Counted from the first letter of the stretch, positions 19,436 through 29,877 are shown. The stretch: DNA of 64,000 nucleotides from Alphaproteobacteria bacterium (GCA_964291265.2 OZ219747.1:1632001-1696000); one strand, 5' to 3'. Translations and numbers: made by a program. Notes: generated from the letters alone by a model not told the origin.

Positions 19436-19770
19436 TCAGACGTCCTGACCTCGTGAGCTGACTTGATCAGTCCGTCCCCACTTTATCCCAGCACAATGAA
19501 CGGTTTGCCCGGTGTTGTGCTTGACAACAGAGTTGCGTTGCGGTCCACTGTAACATGATGCCTGTCATGGGATGATTCCGGCCCTGGACACGCTCGCGAT
19601 GCACCCCGCCTGAAGCCGTCCTGATCAGAGTCGCGTGCTTCTCCCTTGCCGACGGAGCGATCGTCTCCTTCTCGAACTTGGAGCCCTGTGACTGCCAGAC
19701 AACGCACGCAAACTCCGCCCAGAAGCATCACTCTGATTGGAAACATCGAAGCCGAGGTCAGGACGTCTGA
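19436..19770. mobile_element. 335-bp segment bounded by a perfect 18-bp inverted repeat (MITE-like element or invertible segment)
   Basis: TCAGACGTCCTGACCTCG at 19436-19453 and its exact reverse complement CGAGGTCAGGACGTCTGA at 19753-19770; no intact ORF inside; no perfect target duplication. Confidence 0.6.
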
Positions 19771-19960
19771 TCGTGGCCTGAAGCCGGGCCCACGAGAGGC
19801 GCAATCCGGACCTGGTTGCCGAACTGTCTCGCTGGACCTGCACCGCCCTGCTGGTCAACGAGGACGTTGGTGTCACGGAATTTTCGGTCAATCTCGAAAT
19901 ATGTTAGTAGTAACCGGGGTACAACCCGTCGTGGGAGCATTCACACAGGGAGAGAAGACC

Positions 19961-21502
19961 ATGAACTTCAAGAACTGGTTGCGCTCGGCGATTGCCTTGG
20001 GAGCATTCGCCACAATTGTGGGCACGGCTTTCGCGTCCGGGACCTTGCGCTATGCGACCGTCGGCGAGCCACCAAGTCTGGACCAGCAGGTTGTGACGTC
20101 CGATCTGTCGACGACGATTGCCCATCACATCTTCGAGGGGCTCTACACCTTCGATGCCTCGAATTCCCCGGTTGGCCTGCTCGCCAACGGCGAGACAGTC
20201 TCGGATGACGGGAAGACGATCACGATCACGCTCCGGGAAGGCGTGAAGTTCCACAATGGGCAGGACATGACATCGGCAGATGTCGTCGCATCGCTGAACC
20301 GATGGGGAGAATTCGGATCACGCGGAGGGCTGCTGTTCGAGAATGTCGACAGCGTGACGGCGGCGGGAGATCACGAGGTCACGATCAGGCTTGCCCAGCC
20401 CTTCGGTCCCTGGAAGAACCTGCTGGCCTTCATCAACGGCGGGCCGGCGATCTACCCGGCATCCGTGGCGGAAGGGGCCGGCAAGGAACCCATCGCGCCG
20501 GGGAGCTACATCGGTACGGGGCCCTACAGGTTTGGCGAGTGGGAGCCGAACCGCCATGTGGAGCTGATCAGGTTCGAGGGCTATGTCTCGCCCGCCGGCG
20601 AACCGGACGGCTACGGCGGGGCGCGCGTCGCCGAGTTCGACACGCTTCAATTCATCCCCGTGCCCGATGTCGGGACACGCGTGGCGGGCATCAAGGCCGG
20701 CGATTATGACTACGCCGAGAGCATTCCGGGCGATCTCTATGCGGACCTCGAGGCTGATCCCTCGGTCGTCACGATACTGAATGGCGGACCGATCTTCGGC
20801 CTGGTGTTCACGAATTCGAGCGACGGCCCGCTTCGGGAGAACTTCGGCCTGCGGCGCGCGATTCAGGCAGCGCTGGACAAGGTGCCCGCGCTGCACGTGG
20901 CCATCGGCCCGGAGGGACTTTGGCGTGCGAACGGCTCGTTCCTGCCCGAGGGCAACGTATGGTTCACGGATGCCGGCGCCGAGCACTTCAGCATGGGTGA
21001 CGCGAACGCCGCTCGCGTCATGGCCGAGGAGGCCGGGTACACTGGCGAACCGATCAAGTTCATGGTTTCGACAAACTACCCGTTCCATTACGACACCGCG
21101 ATCGTCTACACGAGGCAGCTGGCACAGGCCGGATTCAACATCGACCTTCAGGTCTATGACTGGGCTACTCTGATCGAAAAGCGGGCTCAACCGGACCAGT
21201 GGGACCTGTTCTTCACCCATCATGGCTTCGTGCCCGACCCGATCCTGATTTCGGTGATGAACGACAACTATCCCGGTTGGTGGAAAACCGAGGAGAAGAA
21301 CGCTCTGAAGGCCAGGTTCACCGGGAGTTCAGACCCCGCCGAGCGTCAGGCGATCTGGGCCGAGATTCAGGCGTTGATCTACCAGCAGGTACCGACGATG
21401 AAGACGGGCGATGTCTACACCTACAACATCGCGTCGCCCGACCTGGAGGGCCTCGGTGAGGCCACACTGATCTGGCCGCACTTCTGGAACGTTTCGAAGT
21501 AG
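19961..21502 (+). CDS. Peptide/nickel-type ABC transporter substrate-binding protein (family 5)
   Basis: Signal peptide; IFEGLY, LREGVKFHNG, IGTGPY. Confidence 0.93.
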   Translation: MNFKNWLRSAIALGAFATIVGTAFASGTLRYATVGEPPSLDQQVVTSDLSTTIAHHIFEGLYTFDASNSPVGLLANGETVSDDGKTITITLREGVKFHNGQDMTSADVVASLNRWGEFGSRGGLLFENVDSVTAAGDHEVTIRLAQPFGPWKNLLAFINGGPAIYPASVAEGAGKEPIAPGSYIGTGPYRFGEWEPNRHVELIRFEGYVSPAGEPDGYGGARVAEFDTLQFIPVPDVGTRVAGIKAGDYDYAESIPGDLYADLEADPSVVTILNGGPIFGLVFTNSSDGPLRENFGLRRAIQAALDKVPALHVAIGPEGLWRANGSFLPEGNVWFTDAGAEHFSMGDANAARVMAEEAGYTGEPIKFMVSTNYPFHYDTAIVYTRQLAQAGFNIDLQVYDWATLIEKRAQPDQWDLFFTHHGFVPDPILISVMNDNYPGWWKTEEKNALKARFTGSSDPAERQAIWAEIQALIYQQVPTMKTGDVYTYNIASPDLEGLGEATLIWPHFWNVSK

Positions 21503-21513
21503 GGAACAGTCCC

Positions 21514-21548
21514 CCGGCCTCCCCGCCGTTCGGAGGCGGGGAGGCCGG
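21514..21548 (+). terminator. GC-rich intercistronic stem-loop after the SBP gene (no U tract)
   Basis: CCGGCCTCCCCGCC-GTTCGGA-GGCGGGGAGGCCGG, perfect 14-bp stem. Confidence 0.65.
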
Positions 21549-21572
21549 ATCGCGTCCTCATCAGGTCGTTTC

Positions 21573-22520
21573 ATGTTGCATTACGCTCTGAACAGGATTC
21601 TGACGCTTGTGCCCACCCTTGTGGCCGCGTCGTTCCTGGTCTTCATGTTCATCCACCTGATCCCCGGCGATCCGGCCTCGATTCTGCTTGGTGATACGGC
21701 AACGCCGGAGGAAATCGAGGCGCTCTCTCGCGAGCTTGGCCTCGATGAGCCGCTCTGGACGCAGTATGTCCTGTGGCTGGGCAACGTTCTGCAGGGTGAT
21801 CTCGGGACATCGGTGTTCTTTCGTGAACCGGTTCTGTCGGTCATCGCCGACGGTGCCGAGACCTCGATTCTCCTGGCGACGATGACCATGTTCTGGATTG
21901 TCGTGTTCGGTGTTCCGATCGGCATCACGTCCGCAATGCGTCACGGTTCATGGGTCGATCAGGCGACCTCCGGCGGCGCCATGCTGTTCGCCTCGGTGCC
22001 AACGTTCTGGCTGGGACTCTACCTGATCCTGATCTTCTCGGTCGGGCTGGGCTGGTTTCCCTCTTCGGGATTTCCGTCGCTTGCCGATGAGGGCGGCGCA
22101 TCGAACCTGCGCTACCTGGTTCTGCCCAGCCTCACCCTCGCCGCACCCAACGCGGCGCTCATCATCCGCCTGATCCGCGCTTCCATGCTCGATGTCTCGC
22201 GGGAAGATCACGTGCGCACGGCCCGAGCCAAGGGTCTTCACCCGGTTCGTGTGGCTGTCAGGCATGTCTTCCGGAACGCGCTCATTGCCGTTTCCGCCGC
22301 GTTCGGCTTCACCTTCGCGGCACTGGTCAGCGAGGCGGTGGTGACGGAAACCGTCTTCTCCCTGCCCGGCATCGGCAGGCTTGTCGTGCAGTCCATCCTG
22401 CGTCGAGACTATCCAGTGATCCAGGGCGTCATTCTGATCATCGTGGTCTTCTACATGGCCGTCAATCTCCTGGTGGACCTTGCCTATGCCAGGCTCGATC
22501 CAAGGGTGTCGCTGAGATGA
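21573..22520 (+). CDS. ABC permease (DppB/OppB-like)
   Basis: IPGDPA, LGLDEPLWTQY, RTARAKGL EAA loop, RDYPVIQG, DPRV. Confidence 0.95.
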   Translation: MLHYALNRILTLVPTLVAASFLVFMFIHLIPGDPASILLGDTATPEEIEALSRELGLDEPLWTQYVLWLGNVLQGDLGTSVFFREPVLSVIADGAETSILLATMTMFWIVVFGVPIGITSAMRHGSWVDQATSGGAMLFASVPTFWLGLYLILIFSVGLGWFPSSGFPSLADEGGASNLRYLVLPSLTLAAPNAALIIRLIRASMLDVSREDHVRTARAKGLHPVRVAVRHVFRNALIAVSAAFGFTFAALVSEAVVTETVFSLPGIGRLVVQSILRRDYPVIQGVILIIVVFYMAVNLLVDLAYARLDPRVSLR

Positions 22521-23368
22521 GTGTGCCGCTTTCGATCGCGCTTGTCTTTCGCGGCCGCGCACTGGCAACGATCGGAGCATGCTGGCTTCTGGTCGTCGGC
22601 ATTGCGGCCATCGGCGCGCCGCTCCTGGCGCCGTTCGACCCACTGGAATTCGACCCGTTCGTCCGCCTTTCCGATCCCGGGTGGCCCCATGTCTTCGGTA
22701 CCGATCACTTTGGACGGGACTCGCTTTCCCGTGCGATCTACGGCGCACGCATGGCGATCCTGATTGGCTCGGGCAGCGTGCTGATCGCCTTGTTCGTCGG
22801 TGGCCTTGCCGGCATGCTTTCCGCTTACTTTGTCCGCTTGGGTCACGTGCTGATGCGGATCGTGGACGTGCTGATGGCGTTTCCCGCGCTGCTCCTGGCG
22901 CTGGTTCTGATGACGCTCCTGGAGCGCAGCGTGCTGAACACGGTCATCGTGATCGGCATCGTCTACGCCACGACCACAGCCAGGATCGTGTTCGGCATGA
23001 CCTTGAAACTGAAGCGCGATGTCTTCGTCGATGCCGCGATCTGTTCCGGCGCAGGGCACGCCTCGATCCTGTTTCGGCACATCTTGCCGAATCTCGTGTC
23101 GCCGATGCTGGTGCAGGCAAGCTTCATCTTTGCGTTCGCGCAATTGCAGGCAGCGGCGCTTGACTTCCTGGGGCTGGGCCTTCCGCCGGAAGTTCCGAGC
23201 TGGGGAAACATGTTGAGCGAGGAGAGAATCTACGTGACCAGGGCACCGTGGCTGCTGATCTTCCCCGGAGCGCTGATCATTCTTTCGGTCTTTTCCATGA
23301 ACCTTGTCGGAGACGCGTTGCGTGACAGCATCGATCCCCGGTTCAAGGACGATATTGCAGGGGTCTGA
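22517..23368 (+). CDS. ABC permease (DppC/OppC-like)
   Basis: HVFGTDHFGRD, RHILPN, PSWGNML, GDALRD. Confidence 0.95.
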   Translation: MSVPLSIALVFRGRALATIGACWLLVVGIAAIGAPLLAPFDPLEFDPFVRLSDPGWPHVFGTDHFGRDSLSRAIYGARMAILIGSGSVLIALFVGGLAGMLSAYFVRLGHVLMRIVDVLMAFPALLLALVLMTLLERSVLNTVIVIGIVYATTTARIVFGMTLKLKRDVFVDAAICSGAGHASILFRHILPNLVSPMLVQASFIFAFAQLQAAALDFLGLGLPPEVPSWGNMLSEERIYVTRAPWLLIFPGALIILSVFSMNLVGDALRDSIDPRFKDDIAGV

Positions 23369-23371
23369 CCC

Positions 23372-24346
23372 CTGGCTCTGCTCGACATAAGGAACCTGGA
23401 CCTGCGCATCGTGCGCGGCCGCGAACTCCTGCCCGTGGTTCAAGGGGTGTCACTGGCTGTCGAGGACAATGAAACGCTGGGAATCGTCGGCGAGAGCGGG
23501 TGCGGCAAGAGTCTGACCGCACTGGCGATCATGGGTTTGCTCGAAGGCTCGGCGGTGCGGATTGCCGGAGGGTCAGTGCACTTCCAGGGCCGGGACCTCC
23601 TAGCGCTTTCACGCGATGAGCGCCGGCGCGTGATGGGAGACCAGATGGCCATGATATTTCAGGAACCTATGACAAGCCTGAATCCTGTCTACCGGGTCGG
23701 CGACCAGATCAGGGAAGCCATCCTGCAGCATCGTCGCATGTCCAGAAGGCAGGCACATGACCGTGCGCTTGACCTGCTGGAACTCGTGCGCATTCCCGAT
23801 CCGATGCGCCGGATCGACAGTTTTCCGCACCAGATGTCCGGCGGACAAAGACAGAGGGTCATGATCGCCATGGCGCTTGCCTGCGATCCGAAGCTCCTGA
23901 TTGCCGATGAGCCGACGACGGCCCTTGACGTCACCGTACAGAAGGAGGTGCTGGAACTCCTGTGCGGCCTGCAGGCGCGAACCGGCATGTCCATCATCCT
24001 GATCTCGCACGATCTGGGGGTGATTTCCGAGATCTGCGACAAGGTCGCCGTCATGTATCGAGGCAGGATTGTCGAGCAGGCATCGACTTCGACGCTCTTT
24101 TCGAACATGAGCCACCCGTACACCCTGGGGCTGTTCGGCTCGATTCCGGCGGTCGATCACGACATCGAATGGCTTGACGCGATTCCCGGCCGGGTGCCGA
24201 CCCTGGATGAAGCGGTGCCGGGCTGCGCGTTTCACCCGCGCTGCTTCGCGGCCAGGGGGTCCTGCAGGAGCGCGGACCCGAGCGCCTCAGCCGTGTCACC
24301 GGGCCACTTCGTGCGGTGCCACTTTCCGCAAGGATCGTCGTCATGA
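23372..24346 (+). CDS. ABC ATPase (DppD/OppD-like)
   Basis: [27 protein letters not shown]-terminal Cys cluster. The conserved N-terminal LLDIRNL lies upstream of the first ATG/GTG (23411), so the start is probably CTG at 23372. Confidence 0.92.
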   Translation: MALLDIRNLDLRIVRGRELLPVVQGVSLAVEDNETLGIVGESGCGKSLTALAIMGLLEGSAVRIAGGSVHFQGRDLLALSRDERRRVMGDQMAMIFQEPMTSLNPVYRVGDQIREAILQHRRMSRRQAHDRALDLLELVRIPDPMRRIDSFPHQMSGGQRQRVMIAMALACDPKLLIADEPTTALDVTVQKEVLELLCGLQARTGMSIILISHDLGVISEICDKVAVMYRGRIVEQASTSTLFSNMSHPYTLGLFGSIPAVDHDIEWLDAIPGRVPTLDEAVPGCAFHPRCFAARGSCRSADPSASAVSPGHFVRCHFPQGSSS

Positions 24347-25149
24347 CCCGCCCCTTGCTGGAAGTGTGCGAACTCAGGACCCACTTCAGCATCGGCAGAG
24401 GCGGGTTCAGGCGAAGGAAGTCAGTCCTCAGGGCCGTCGATGGCGTTTCGTTCAGCATCCAGGAAGGAGAAGTACTCAGTCTCGTTGGCGAGAGCGGTTG
24501 CGGCAAGACCACGGTCGGACGGACCCTGACCCATCTGGAAACGGCCACGGCCGGAACTGCATTGTTCGACGGGCAGGACATCCTGAACCTGTCGTCTGCC
24601 GAGTTCCGGCCGCTGCGGCGCGACATCCAGATGATCTTCCAGGACCCGTTTGCCTCGCTCAATCCACGTCTCAGCATCGAGCAGATGCTGGCCGAGCCGC
24701 TCTTCATTCACGGACTTGTGAGCGACCGCTCGCAGGCACGCGAGAGGATTGCTGCGACACTTGAACTCGTGGGCATGGATGCAGGATCGATGCGTTGCCA
24801 TCCGCACGAGTTTTCCGGCGGCCAGCGGCAGCGCATCGGCATCGCCAGGGTGATGATCCTGACACCGCGTCTCGTCATTGCAGACGAGCCGGTGTCGGCC
24901 CTTGATGTCTCCATCCAGGCCCAGGTTCTGAACCTGCTCAAGAGGCTTCAGCGCGACAGCGGCGTATCGATGTTGTTCATCAGTCACGATCTCGGTGCAG
25001 TCCGCCACATAAGCGACCGGGTTGCGGTCATGTACAGGGGGAAGCTGGTGGAGACCGGAAGCAAGCGACAAGTCTTCGAGACTCCGCGGCACGCCTATAC
25101 GCGAAGGCTGCTGGCCTCGATTCCGCGTCTCGGAAAGAGGCTCGCATGA
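24343..25149 (+). CDS. ABC ATPase (DppF/OppF-like, short C-terminus)
   Basis: AVDGVSF, GESGCGKT, FSGGQRQR, DEPVSALD. Confidence 0.92.
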   Translation: MTRPLLEVCELRTHFSIGRGGFRRRKSVLRAVDGVSFSIQEGEVLSLVGESGCGKTTVGRTLTHLETATAGTALFDGQDILNLSSAEFRPLRRDIQMIFQDPFASLNPRLSIEQMLAEPLFIHGLVSDRSQARERIAATLELVGMDAGSMRCHPHEFSGGQRQRIGIARVMILTPRLVIADEPVSALDVSIQAQVLNLLKRLQRDSGVSMLFISHDLGAVRHISDRVAVMYRGKLVETGSKRQVFETPRHAYTRRLLASIPRLGKRLA

Positions 25150-25479
25150 TGGCCCCGAAACATGCCTTCCCGGGATCAACTGCAACGGAAACCGGCACGT
25201 CTTCGCCGCTGCGGACAAGGCTTGCGTGATTCTCTGCATCCACGGGCTTTTCTACCGGACATCGTCAGTTCCTTGTTCATGAGACTGTGCATCGTGGACC
25301 ATCAGGATCGACTCCGGACGTCTGGCGTCGTCGTCTGCCGAGGGCAAGCACGTGGCAAGTCCCGGGTACGGGGATCGTGCGAGCGCGGGGCCGGCGCAAC
25401 GCGAAGGGCGGCCTTGCCTCGGCGTGCGCGGGCCTGCCTGATCCTGCTTCGTCTCCAGACATCGTTCTTCCTCTACCGA

Positions 25480-26010
25480 AGGCCTCGTCTTCTCGGCGCC
25501 GGCATCCTCGAGCAGGACTATCCCTCGCATGTTCCCGGGAGGATATCGCAGAGGTCACCGTGGAGCCGGTCGGTGACGGCGAGGACGAGCGCCTGGACCG
25601 GTTGATGGTGGCGGCCTGGCATCCCGAGGGCGAGCCGCCGGATCAACTCGTCGCGCCACGGCCGCCTCGGCGGCCCGGTGTTCGGTGCGACCGGTTGGCA
25701 CCGTATGAGCACGCGACGGCTTCATCGGCTGGTCCCGGGGAGCCCTCTTGAGGTCCATCTCGGCAAGCTCGTTGAGCGCATGCCCTCACCGACCCGGCGC
25801 GCGGCGGGCCGGGCGAAGGCTGCGAGGCTCTCCACGACACAGGTCATGGCGCTCCTCCGCGGACTTGCGCCAGACATGCAACGGCTGGCTGAAGGTGGAG
25901 GTGTTGTTGGCTGGGCGCGTCGCCGCGGCACGGCATGATGTCCTCGAAGGTCTGCAAACCGGTCGGCATGGACGAGAACATGTCGGTCCCGGTCACGAGG
26001 CAGGCGATGG
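25480..26010 (-). pseudogene. Possible heavily eroded remnants of a MaoC-like dehydratase and a thiolase
   Basis: Frame-hopping fragments: GLQTFED..NNT..QPLHV (MaoC-like), then GGAGGAG-ATG at 25847 followed by APNTG.., GMP/AATINR and QALVLAV..GD.CDIL (thiolase-like). Similarity is weak and judged by eye. Confidence 0.25.
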
Positions 26011-26022
26011 GGGCTGTCAGGT

Positions 26023-27012
26023 CTATCCCCTCACGGGGTCGCGGTTCGGGGCGGCGGCGCCATAGAGATAGCATTCCGTCCTGTGGCCGCCGTCCGAGAC
26101 CGGCCGGGGTGGCTCGGACCGGCAGATCGACATGCACTCCGGGCAGCGGGGGTGAAACGTGCAGCCGGGCGGCGGCTCGATCGGGTTCGGGAACACGGCG
26201 CCCAGATGCGTATCGGGCACGCCGAGGCGCGGATCGGGCGTCAGCACCGAGTCGAGAAGGGCGCGGGTATAGGGATGGCGCGGGTCGTCAAACAGCGTGT
26301 CCGAGTCGGCCTCCTCGACGATCCGGCCCAGATACATCACCGCCACCCGGTCCGCCATGTGTTGGACCACGGCCAGGTTGTGGCTGATGAGCAGGTAGGT
26401 CAGCCCGAACTCCTCTTTGAGATCCTGCAGCAGGTTGAGGATCTGGCTCTGCACCGAGACATCGAGCGCCGAGGTCGGCTCGTCGCAGATCACCACGTCC
26501 GGCCGCATGATGAGCGCGCGGGCGATCGCCACCCTCTGGCGCTGACCGCCGGAAAGCTGGCTGGGGTAGCTCGATGCCACACGGCGCGGCAGACCCACGA
26601 CATCGAGCATGTCAGCGACCCTGTCGGACCACTCGGAAGGCTCCCCGACACCGTGGATCCTGAGCGGTTGAGACACGATGAACCCGATGGTCTTGGTTGG
26701 GTTGAGCGACGAATAGGGGTCCTGGAAGATCGGCTGTATCCGGCGCGCGATCTGGCGGCGGGAGAAACTGGACGCGCTGTCGCCGGAATAGAGCACATCC
26801 CCTGAACTCGGTCGCTGCAGGCCGAGCAGGATGTTCGCCATCGTACTCTTGCCGCAGCCGGATTCGCCTACCAGCCCGACGACCTTGCCCCCGGGTATGC
26901 TCAGCGACACGCCGTTGACCGCGCGGAGCGGCTTCGAGCCGCGAAACAAGCCCTGGCTGACCTGAAAGACGCAGCTGACATCCACGGTTTCGAGCACAGG
27001 GGCTTCGCTCAT
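26023..27012 (-). CDS. ABC ATPase (DppF/OppF-like)
   Basis: [33 protein letters not shown]; ATGA overlap with the upstream ATPase. Confidence 0.93.
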   Translation of the reverse strand: MSEAPVLETVDVSCVFQVSQGLFRGSKPLRAVNGVSLSIPGGKVVGLVGESGCGKSTMANILLGLQRPSSGDVLYSGDSASSFSRRQIARRIQPIFQDPYSSLNPTKTIGFIVSQPLRIHGVGEPSEWSDRVADMLDVVGLPRRVASSYPSQLSGGQRQRVAIARALIMRPDVVICDEPTSALDVSVQSQILNLLQDLKEEFGLTYLLISHNLAVVQHMADRVAVMYLGRIVEEADSDTLFDDPRHPYTRALLDSVLTPDPRLGVPDTHLGAVFPNPIEPPPGCTFHPRCPECMSICRSEPPRPVSDGGHRTECYLYGAAAPNRDPVRG

Positions 27013-28019
27013 GGCGCGACGGCCGCCGGCCGTTCGTTCAGCACGTCTTCCGGCGGGCGCAAGCAGGTATAGGCGTGGCCGTCGTCCATGCGCGTCGGCT
27101 CGTCCCTCATGCCGGCGCAGGCGTCTGTCGCGTATTCGCAGCGATTGCGGAACATGCAGCCGGAGAGTTCGCCGACGAGGTTCGGCACGATGCCCGGCAC
27201 CGAACCCAGGCGCTCGCCGCGCCGGGTCCGGCCCGGAATCGGGATGCAGCGCAGCAGCCCCTGCGTATAGGGGTGCATGGGTGAATCGAAGACCGCCTCG
27301 CACCGGCCCTCCTCGACCGTCTTGCCCGCATACATCACCTGCACCTTGTCGGCGACCCGCGCGACGATGCCGAGATCGTGGGTGATGAGGATCATGCCCA
27401 TCTCGAATTCGTGTTGGAGTTCCGCCAGAAGATGGAGAATCTGGGCCTGGATGGTGACATCGAGCGCGGTGGTCGGTTCGTCCGCGATAATCAGCTCCGG
27501 TCCGCACATCAGCGCCATGGCGATCATCACGCGCTGGCGCTGTCCGCCGGACAGCTGATGGGGATACTGGCCGAGGCGCGAAGCGGCGGAGGACATGCCA
27601 ACCTTTTCAAGCAGGAACACGGCCCGGTCGCGCGCCGCCATGCGGTTCTGCTCCACATGACGCAGATAGACCTCGGAAAGCTGGTTGCCGATGGTGTAGG
27701 ACGGGTTGAGCGAGGTCATCGGCTCCTGGAAGATCATCGCCATGGAGCCGCCGCGCAAATGCGCCATCTCGCGCTCGCGGAGATGGCGGATATCGCGGCC
27801 GAGAAAGTCCATCCGGTCGGCGGCGCACCGGGCGGTCTTCGGCAGAAGCCCCATGATCGCGAGCGATGTCAGCGACTTGCCGCAGCCGGACTCGCCGACG
27901 ATGCAGAGCGTCTTGCCGCGCGAGACGGAAAAATCGATGCCGCGCACGGGATGCAGCATCCCGGCCGCGACGGGGATATCGACCGAGAGGTTCTCCACCT
28001 CGAGGAGGGTCCCGGACAC
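27009..28019 (-). CDS. ABC ATPase (DppD/OppD-like)
   Basis: [34 protein letters not shown]. Confidence 0.94.
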   Translation of the reverse strand: MSGTLLEVENLSVDIPVAAGMLHPVRGIDFSVSRGKTLCIVGESGCGKSLTSLAIMGLLPKTARCAADRMDFLGRDIRHLREREMAHLRGGSMAMIFQEPMTSLNPSYTIGNQLSEVYLRHVEQNRMAARDRAVFLLEKVGMSSAASRLGQYPHQLSGGQRQRVMIAMALMCGPELIIADEPTTALDVTIQAQILHLLAELQHEFEMGMILITHDLGIVARVADKVQVMYAGKTVEEGRCEAVFDSPMHPYTQGLLRCIPIPGRTRRGERLGSVPGIVPNLVGELSGCMFRNRCEYATDACAGMRDEPTRMDDGHAYTCLRPPEDVLNERPAAVAP

Positions 28020-28023
28020 CGTC

Positions 28024-28950
28024 TCAGCGTTCCCGTTCGAGCGTCACGTCGCGCAGCCCGTCGCCGAAGAGGTTGATCGCCAGCACGAGCATGAAAAGGC
28101 AGACGCCGGGCAATGCCAGAAGCCAGGGCGAGAAGAACATGTATTCGCGCCCCTCGCTCAGCATCAGGCCCCAGCTCGGCGTCGGTGCCTGCACGCCGAA
28201 GCCGAGGAAGGAGAGCGCGGCTTCGAGCAGGATCGCGTTCGCCATCTCGACCGTCGCCACCACGGTCAGCGACGAGAGCACATTGGGGAATATCTCGCGC
28301 ACGATGATGTAGGGCGTCGAGCAGCCTAGGGCGCGCGCTGCCTTCACGTAGTCGAGGTCTCGCGCCTGCATGGTGATGCTCCGCATCACCACGGCGAAAC
28401 GGTCCCACAGGAACAATCCAAGAACAATGATCACCACGGCCAGCGAGGCGCCAAAGGCCACCACCGCCGCCATCGCCACCAGGAAGACGGGCATGGCGAG
28501 CCGCGTGTTGATGACGAAATTCACCACCATGTCGACCCGGCCGCCGAAGTATCCCGCCGTCACGCCCAGAACCGTGCCGATGGCGCCCGAGATGAGCATT
28601 GTCGAGAAGCCGATCAGCAGCGATATCCGGCTGCCGTGGATGAGCCGCGAGAGATAGTCCCGGCCCACCTTGTCGGTGCCGAGGACATGCTCCGGATCCA
28701 CCTTCTGGTCATGCCAGAACGGGTTGGTCAGGCGCTTCGCAAGGTCCTGATCGTAAGGGTCGTGCGGCGAGAGCAGGGGGGCGAGGATCGCCACCGCGAG
28801 AATGGTGGCGAGGATGACCGCGCCGATCAGGAAGCTGTGGTTCCCGAGAATGCGCCGGAGGAGCTTGGACCAGGGCGAGGGTTCGAGAATGTCCTCGGCC
28901 GTCTGCCGCTGTCGCAAGACCAGAGATCCAGCGGCGCCGGTGTCGGTCAT
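28024..28950 (-). CDS. ABC permease (DppC-like)
   Basis: HVLGTDKVGRD, AARALG, PSWGLML. Confidence 0.94.
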   Translation of the reverse strand: MTDTGAAGSLVLRQRQTAEDILEPSPWSKLLRRILGNHSFLIGAVILATILAVAILAPLLSPHDPYDQDLAKRLTNPFWHDQKVDPEHVLGTDKVGRDYLSRLIHGSRISLLIGFSTMLISGAIGTVLGVTAGYFGGRVDMVVNFVINTRLAMPVFLVAMAAVVAFGASLAVVIIVLGLFLWDRFAVVMRSITMQARDLDYVKAARALGCSTPYIIVREIFPNVLSSLTVVATVEMANAILLEAALSFLGFGVQAPTPSWGLMLSEGREYMFFSPWLLALPGVCLFMLVLAINLFGDGLRDVTLERER

Positions 28951-28959
28951 GGCAGCCTC

Positions 28960-29877
28960 TCAGCGCACCGAGATTCGCGGATCGAGCCAGGCGTTGAGCA
29001 GGTCGGCCAGCAGTGTCAGCACCACATAGAACGAGGCGAAGACCAGCACGATCGCCTGCACCACCGGCAGGTCCGAGCGCAGCAGCGCATCGTACGAGAG
29101 CCAGCCGATGCCCTTGAGGTTGAAGATCGTCTCGATGACGATTGAACCGCCGAGCATGAACCCGAACCACACCGCCGCGAGTGCGACGACCGGGATGATC
29201 GCGTTCCTCAGCGCGTGCTTGAAGAGCACCGCAGCCGGGCTCAACCCCTTGGCGCGCGCCGTGCGTATGTAGTCGGAGCCCAGCACCTCGATCATGCCGG
29301 CCCGGGTCAGGCGCATCAGCGCCGGCGTGGCGTAGTAGCCGAGGGCGATGGTCGGCATGACATAGTTGGCCCACTGCGTATGGCCGGAAATCGGCAGCCA
29401 GCGCCACCAGACGCCGAAGGCGATAATCATCATCAGGGCGAACCAGAAGGTCGGCAGCGCCTGGCCGAGAACCGCGATGAACAACGCGATCCTGTCGATG
29501 ATCGAGTTGGGCCGCATGGCGGCGAGCGTACCCAGAGGGATCGAGACGACCAGCGCGAACAGGATCGCCAGCGTGCCGAGCAGCATGGTGCGCCCGATTC
29601 GCTCGGAGATCATGTCGAAGACGCGCTGCCTGTAGTGGTAGCTCTCGCCGAAGTCTCCGGCGAGCGCACGGCCGAGCCAGTCCAGATACTGGATGTGGAT
29701 CGGCCGATCGAAGCCGTAGAGCTTGCGGATCGCCTGGATGTCCTCCTCGCTCGCCTGCTCTCCTCCGATGGTCAGCGCCGGGTCAGCCGAGAGGTGGCTG
29801 AGCGAAAAGGTCAGTCCCGACACGACGATCAGGATCAGGAACGCAACGAGGGTCCGCTTGAGCGTGTAGGCCGGCAT
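28960..29877 (-). CDS. ABC permease (DppB-like)
   Basis: DRPIHIQY, DYIRTARAKGL, DLPVVQA, LDPRI. Confidence 0.94.
   Translation of the reverse strand: MPAYTLKRTLVAFLILIVVSGLTFSLSHLSADPALTIGGEQASEEDIQAIRKLYGFDRPIHIQYLDWLGRALAGDFGESYHYRQRVFDMISERIGRTMLLGTLAILFALVVSIPLGTLAAMRPNSIIDRIALFIAVLGQALPTFWFALMMIIAFGVWWRWLPISGHTQWANYVMPTIALGYYATPALMRLTRAGMIEVLGSDYIRTARAKGLSPAAVLFKHALRNAIIPVVALAAVWFGFMLGGSIVIETIFNLKGIGWLSYDALLRSDLPVVQAIVLVFASFYVVLTLLADLLNAWLDPRISVR

Noticed and set aside
19700-19870. Possible IclR regulator remnant (TPPRSIT...CRTVSL)
   Set aside because: Resemblance is too weak, and the stretch crosses the inverted-repeat boundary.
25508-25521. 14-mer TCGAGCAGGACTAT shared with about 55795-55808
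   Set aside because: Only two copies with no flanking similarity; could be chance in a 64-kb GC-rich window.
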